A DNA stretch of 64,000 nt, taken from positions 19,894-83,893 of the forward strand of contig CACDOF010000001.1 in the NCBI GenBank assembly GCA_902554315.1. The letters are read 5' to 3'. Shown here piece after piece: positions 59,713 to 64,000 of the stretch (position 1 is the first letter of the stretch; every line of letters starts with the position of its first letter). The DNA is from an uncultured Pelagibacteraceae bacterium. Its GTDB lineage: Bacteria; Pseudomonadota; Alphaproteobacteria; Pelagibacterales; Pelagibacteraceae. The position numbers were made by a program, and so were the translations under genes. The notes under the pieces are model-generated. The model searched no databases. It saw only the letters and a list, made by a program, of their open reading frames with translations, and had not been told where the DNA came from.

Positions 59713-60672
59713 ATGAAAAAAGAAAGAAATAAAAACCCTATTCAGCCCGTAAGTGGAACTAAAGTTCCAAGGTATGCTGGACCAAACACCTTTGCGAGAC
59801 TTCCTGAATTAAGAGATGTTAAGAGTTGTGATGTTGCAATAGTAGGTGTGCCATTTGACTCTGGAACAAGTTATAGACCGGGTGCTAGATTTGGTCCACA
59901 AAGTATAAGACAAGCTTCAAGACATTTAAGAACTAATTACCATCCAAATTATGATGTTGAACCATTTAAAGTACAACAAGTAGCAGATGCTGGAGATATC
60001 GCATGCAATCCATTTAATATAGACGAAGCAATTAAACAAATTGAAGTAGGAGCAACTGATTTATTAAATAAAGTCGGTGGTATTATTAGTTTAGGGGGAG
60101 ATCATACAATTGCTGTACCTTTATTAAGAGCTGCTAATAAAAAAAATAATGGTCCAGTTTCTTTAGTCCATTTTGATGCACATCTAGATACTTGGGATAC
60201 ATATTTTGGAGCACCCTATACTCATGGAACTCCTTTTAGAAGGGCACGTGAAGAAAATTTATTTTTAGATGACGCATCTATGCATGTCGGTATAAGAGGT
60301 CCACTATACAGCAGAGACGATATAAAAAATGATGAAAGTTTTGGATTTAAAATTATTCATTGTGATGAATTTCAAACTGAAGGGACAGATAAGATCGCCG
60401 AAAGAATAAAAAAAAGAGTAGGCGAAAATGCTCTATATCTTTCAATTGATATTGATGTTTTAGATCCTGCATTTGCTCCAGGAACAGGAACACCAGAAAT
60501 TGCAGGAATGACTACAAGAGAAATGGTAAATGTCCTAAGAGGATTATCTGGTTTAAATTTAATTTCTGCAGATGTTGTCGAGGTTGCCCCAGCTTATGAT
60601 CACGCAGAGGTTACATCTTTAGCTGCAGCTACAATTGTATATGAGTTAACTAATTTATTTGCAAAAACTTAA
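59713..60672 (+). CDS. speB: Ureohydrolase (agmatinase/guanidinobutyrase)
   Basis: PRYAG, RPGARFGP, GGDHT, DAHLD, HGTPF, SIDIDVLDP. Start reassigned to ATG 59713. Confidence 0.82.
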   Translation: MKKERNKNPIQPVSGTKVPRYAGPNTFARLPELRDVKSCDVAIVGVPFDSGTSYRPGARFGPQSIRQASRHLRTNYHPNYDVEPFKVQQVADAGDIACNPFNIDEAIKQIEVGATDLLNKVGGIISLGGDHTIAVPLLRAANKKNNGPVSLVHFDAHLDTWDTYFGAPYTHGTPFRRAREENLFLDDASMHVGIRGPLYSRDDIKNDESFGFKIIHCDEFQTEGTDKIAERIKKRVGENALYLSIDIDVLDPAFAPGTGTPEIAGMTTREMVNVLRGLSGLNLISADVVEVAPAYDHAEVTSLAAATIVYELTNLFAKT

Positions 60673-60692
60673 GGAAAGGATAGCTTCAAAAA

Positions 60693-62126
60693 ATGTTAGA
60701 AAAAAGAAATTTTTACATTAATGGTGAATGGGTTGCTTCAAAAAATCAAAAAGATATAGAAGTTATTAACCCAGCTAATAGTAAAAGTTGTGCCGTAATA
60801 TCTTTAGGAGGCAAGGAAGACATAAATGATGCAGTCACAGCAGCAAAAAAATCTTTCGCTACTTGGGGTTATTCAAAAAAAGAAGAAAGATTGACTCTAT
60901 TAGAAAAGTTTTATGAGCTTTATAAAAAAAGATGGAATGATATTACAGAAGCAATAATGTTAGAAATGGGTGCACCTAAAGATTTTGCATCAAAGTTACA
61001 AACTGGAACTGGAGCTAGTCATACAAAGTCTTTCATAAGATATCTAAAGTCTTTTGAATTTGAAAAATCATTAGGAGACCATGCAGAAGATCAAAGAATT
61101 ATATACGAACCAAAAGGAGTTTGTGCATTAATTACTCCATGGAATTGGCCAATGAATCAGGTTTGTTTAAAGGTAATTCCTGCTCTAGCTGCTGGATGCA
61201 CAATGGTCTTAAAACCATCTGAATTGGCTCCACTTTCTTCAATGATACTTGCTGAATTAATTGATGAAACTAAATTTCCTAAAGGAGTATTTAATTTAGT
61301 TAATGGCGATGGTGCAATTACAGGAGACGCATTAACAAGTCATCCTGATGTAAACATGATATCTTTTACCGGCTCTACAAGAGCAGGAGCTTTAATTTCA
61401 AAAAATGCAGCAAAAGATTTTAAAAGAGTCAGTCTTGAACTTGGTGGCAAAGGTGCAAATATTGTGTTTAAAGATGCAGATAATGAAGCTATTGAAAGAG
61501 GAGCTCTTAGATGTTTTAGAAATTCAGGACAATCTTGCAATGCTCCTACAAGAATGTTGGTTGAAAAATCAATATATAGCGATGCTTTAGAAAGATTAAA
61601 AAAATATGCAGATGAATTTAAAGTTGATACACCTGACAAAGAAGGAGATCATATTGGTCCTGTAATTTCTGAAACTCAATATAATAAAATTCAAACACTT
61701 ATAAAAAAAGGAGTTGAAGAAGGTGCTAAATTGATTTCAGGAGGTCCTGGAAAACCCGAAGGATTAGAAGCAGGATATTATGTTAAGCCAACAGTTTTTG
61801 CTGATGTCAAAAACAGTATGGAGATAGCAAGAACAGAAATTTTTGGACCAGTATTATCAGTCATACCATTTGAAACAGAAGAAGAAGCAATAGAAATAGC
61901 AAATGATACTCCTTATGGTTTGACAAATTATATTCAAAGTGAAGATCAAGAAAAAGTCAAAAGAGTTGCAAGAAAATTAAGATCTGGAATGATTGTTGCA
62001 AATACAGCATCACTTGCTGTAGATGCTCCTTTTGGAGGTTTTAAACATTCTGGTATAGGAAGAGAAGGGGGCAAAGAAGGTTTGTTAGAATTCTTAGAAT
62101 TAAAATCAATCGGAGGCTGGAACTAA
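60693..62126 (+). CDS. Aldehyde dehydrogenase, paralogue of 32737-34167
   Basis: ITPWNWP, FTGSTRAG, LELGGKG, GQSC, EIFGPV. Confidence 0.93.
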   Translation: MLEKRNFYINGEWVASKNQKDIEVINPANSKSCAVISLGGKEDINDAVTAAKKSFATWGYSKKEERLTLLEKFYELYKKRWNDITEAIMLEMGAPKDFASKLQTGTGASHTKSFIRYLKSFEFEKSLGDHAEDQRIIYEPKGVCALITPWNWPMNQVCLKVIPALAAGCTMVLKPSELAPLSSMILAELIDETKFPKGVFNLVNGDGAITGDALTSHPDVNMISFTGSTRAGALISKNAAKDFKRVSLELGGKGANIVFKDADNEAIERGALRCFRNSGQSCNAPTRMLVEKSIYSDALERLKKYADEFKVDTPDKEGDHIGPVISETQYNKIQTLIKKGVEEGAKLISGGPGKPEGLEAGYYVKPTVFADVKNSMEIARTEIFGPVLSVIPFETEEEAIEIANDTPYGLTNYIQSEDQEKVKRVARKLRSGMIVANTASLAVDAPFGGFKHSGIGREGGKEGLLEFLELKSIGGWN

Positions 62127-63310
62127 TTTATTGATTTGTTTTTTACACCTTCTAAAAAAACTAAACATTTTTTTAATTCGTCTAATTTAATAAATTCATC
62201 AATTTTGTGAGCTTGTTCTATTGAGCCAGGTCCACATACGACAGTGCTAATCCCAATCTCTTGAAAAAGACCAGCTTCTGTGCCAAATGAAACAACTTCT
62301 CTTGAATTATCTCCTGTAATACTTGAAACAAACTCACAAGCTTCAGAATTTTTAATTCTATCAAATGCTATTATTTCACCAATAATATGTTTTTTGATAG
62401 ATGAATTGGGATAAACTTTTTTCATCTCAGGCAAAAGAACTTCATTTGCATATTTATCTATTTCTTTATTTAAATAAATTCCATCTTCTTTGGCAACAGG
62501 TCTAGTTTCCCAATTAACATGACATTTATCAGCTATAACATTATGAGCAATACCACCAAAAATTCCTCCAACTTGTAGAGTGGAGTATGGGGGGTTAAAT
62601 ATTGAGTCTTTAGGCTCTCTTTCTTTAAGTTTTTCTCTTAATTCAACCAGTTTATTTGTGTATCTCGCAGCATATTCTACCGCACTAACTCCTTTATTGG
62701 GTTCAGAACTATGTCCCGCCAAACCTTCGAAATAAGTTGTATATTCATAGCAGCCTTTATGAGAATCTATGATTTTCATATTTGTAGGCTCTCCAACGAT
62801 GCATATTCCATTTACAATTCCTCTTTTTTTTAATTCTTTAATTAAAATTGGAGCTCCAATACAAGCGGTCTCTTCATCAAAAGTGAAAGAAAAGTGTATA
62901 TCACGATCTAAATTGGAATTTGAAAGAATTGGTGCATAAGCTAATGCGCATGCAATAAAACCCTTCATATCGCAAGATCCTCTACCATATAGCTTATCAT
63001 CTTTAATTGTTGCTAAGAAAGGATCTGTAGACCATCCTTTAGAAACTGGCACAACATCAGTATGACCAGATAGTATTATTGGCTTTTTTTCACTTTTTTT
63101 TTTAGATTTTAAAGTTGAAAAAAGGTTTACTCTTTTTTTTTCATCGTCATAGGTTCTAAAACTTTCAGCGCCCAAAGATTTTAATATATTTTCACAATAA
63201 TCAATTAAAGGGGAATTATTTTCACCAGATATAGTTTTGAAAGCAATTAAATCTGTTAATATTTTAATTGAATTCTCATATAAGTTTTGCAAATTATTTT
63301 CTGTACTCAT
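62123..63310 (-). CDS. argE: Acetylornithine deacetylase ArgE (M20 family)
   Basis: SGHTDVVP, GRGSCDMKGF, DEE, GEPT, FGTEAG, GPGSIEQAHKIDEF. Confidence 0.85.
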   Translation of the reverse strand: MSTENNLQNLYENSIKILTDLIAFKTISGENNSPLIDYCENILKSLGAESFRTYDDEKKRVNLFSTLKSKKKSEKKPIILSGHTDVVPVSKGWSTDPFLATIKDDKLYGRGSCDMKGFIACALAYAPILSNSNLDRDIHFSFTFDEETACIGAPILIKELKKRGIVNGICIVGEPTNMKIIDSHKGCYEYTTYFEGLAGHSSEPNKGVSAVEYAARYTNKLVELREKLKEREPKDSIFNPPYSTLQVGGIFGGIAHNVIADKCHVNWETRPVAKEDGIYLNKEIDKYANEVLLPEMKKVYPNSSIKKHIIGEIIAFDRIKNSEACEFVSSITGDNSREVVSFGTEAGLFQEIGISTVVCGPGSIEQAHKIDEFIKLDELKKCLVFLEGVKNKSIN

Positions 63311-63335
63311 TTATATTTAATTATATATTAATTTT

Positions 63336-63677
63336 ATGAAAGAACAAATAACCTATGATATATTTGATAAAGTAGATATTAGAATTGGAACAGTAATATC
63401 AGTTAAGAAAAATGAAAAAGCTAGAAAACCTTCTTTGGTAATCGAAGTTGATTTTGGAAATGATATAGGAATCAAGGAGTCTTCCGCGCAAATAACTCAT
63501 TATTATGATGAAGATAATTTAAAAGGAAAACAGGTTGTTGGAGTTTGTAATTTTCCTGAAAAAAATATAGCGGGAATTAAATCTCAATTTTTAGTATTAG
63601 GAGCAATTGAGAAAGATGGAAAAGTTGTTTTGTTACATCCTTCTCAGCCAACTAAAAATGGTTTGCAAATAGCATAA
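63336..63677 (+). CDS. csaA: CsaA tRNA-binding/export chaperone
   Basis: FDKVDIRIGT, ARKPS, SSAQIT, NFPEKNIAG. Confidence 0.88.
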   Translation: MKEQITYDIFDKVDIRIGTVISVKKNEKARKPSLVIEVDFGNDIGIKESSAQITHYYDEDNLKGKQVVGVCNFPEKNIAGIKSQFLVLGAIEKDGKVVLLHPSQPTKNGLQIA

Positions 63678-63683
63678 ACATTA

Positions 63684-64000
63684 ATGATACATTCTGATTT
63701 AATAGCTTTTATTTTATTTTGTTCAGCTGCTGCATTTTCGCCTGGGCCAAATAACTTTATGGCATCTTATTCAGCATTTAATTTTGGTATAAAAAAAACT
63801 CTTCCAATAATATATGGCGTAACTTTTGGTTTTCCATTACTTATAATTTGTATAAATTTTGGTTTATCTATTATCTTTAAAAAATATCCAGATATACAAA
63901 ATATTATTACAGTAGCTGGAACTATTTTTCTTGTTTATATGGCATATAAAATTGCAACTACAAAAAATACTCAAAATAAAGAATCTAAAAATCCTGCAAC
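63684..64000 (+). CDS. LysE/RhtB family exporter; partial, runs off the right edge
   Basis: Manual translation MIHSDLIAFILFCSAAAFSPGPNNFMAS...GTIFLVYMAYKIA. Confidence 0.85.
   Translation, partial: MIHSDLIAFILFCSAAAFSPGPNNFMASYSAFNFGIKKTLPIIYGVTFGFPLLIICINFGLSIIFKKYPDIQNIITVAGTIFLVYMAYKIATTKNTQNKESKNPA

Noticed and set aside
324-61639. Numerous 60-130 aa ORFs in the track (e.g. 324-509, 7638-7886, 12099-12362, 20164-20514, 47380-47754, 50228-50614, 51573-51938, 61340-61639)
   Set aside because: They are antisense or off-frame shadows lying largely or wholly inside well-supported genes, with no recognisable motifs.
1-64000. tRNA, rRNA, CRISPR arrays, IS elements, integrases, prophage or defence genes
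   Set aside because: None seen; the intergenic gaps are short and AT-rich, and every long ORF has a metabolic, transport or housekeeping assignment.

Overview
This is a very AT-rich (about 30% GC by eye), gene-dense bacterial window with tiny intergenic gaps. The gene content and style point to a streamlined marine alphaproteobacterium of the SAR11/Pelagibacterales type (inference, no search run). Almost all of it encodes uptake and catabolism of small methylated or zwitterionic compounds. Blocks in order: (1) 1-7.5 kb, minus strand: class II aldolase, CdhB-like thioesterase, TauD, choline-oxidising GMC enzyme, DMT transporter, IPNS-like 2OG oxygenase, luciferase-like monooxygenase and a partial Xsc-like ThDP enzyme; (2) 7.5-18 kb: gamma-butyrobetaine/carnitine catabolism (cdhC, cdhA, BBOX-like, BesD-like hydroxylase) with a betaine ABC system that has a fused double permease and two ATPases; (3) Fe-ADH, amidase and DMT genes, then a VOC/homocysteine methyltransferase/MsrA/serine hydrolase run; (4) ugpBAEEC-ugpQ plus a 2H phosphoesterase; (5) eutA-doeA plus a PotABCD-type ABC system; (6) a DmdA homologue in a run with a second GcvT-family demethylase, PepE, an alpha-hydroxy-acid oxidase, a ThDP enzyme and an atypical HiuH, divergent from a family-5 ABC system; (7) bioY, a FadN-like enzyme, cyclophilin, ureohydrolase, ALDH, argE, csaA and a partial lysE. 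I saw no tRNA, rRNA, CRISPR array, mobile element or transcription-factor gene. The best novelty candidates are a riboswitch-like structured leader that sequesters the Shine-Dalgarno of the luciferase-like monooxygenase (1772-1848), the four-dioxygenase betaine/carnitine funnel, the twin-demethylase dmdA cluster, and several active-site variants (choline-oxidase-type His in the BetA-like enzyme, variant MsrA, His-substituted methyltransferase, HiuH lacking YRGS). All product calls rest on motif recognition by eye.
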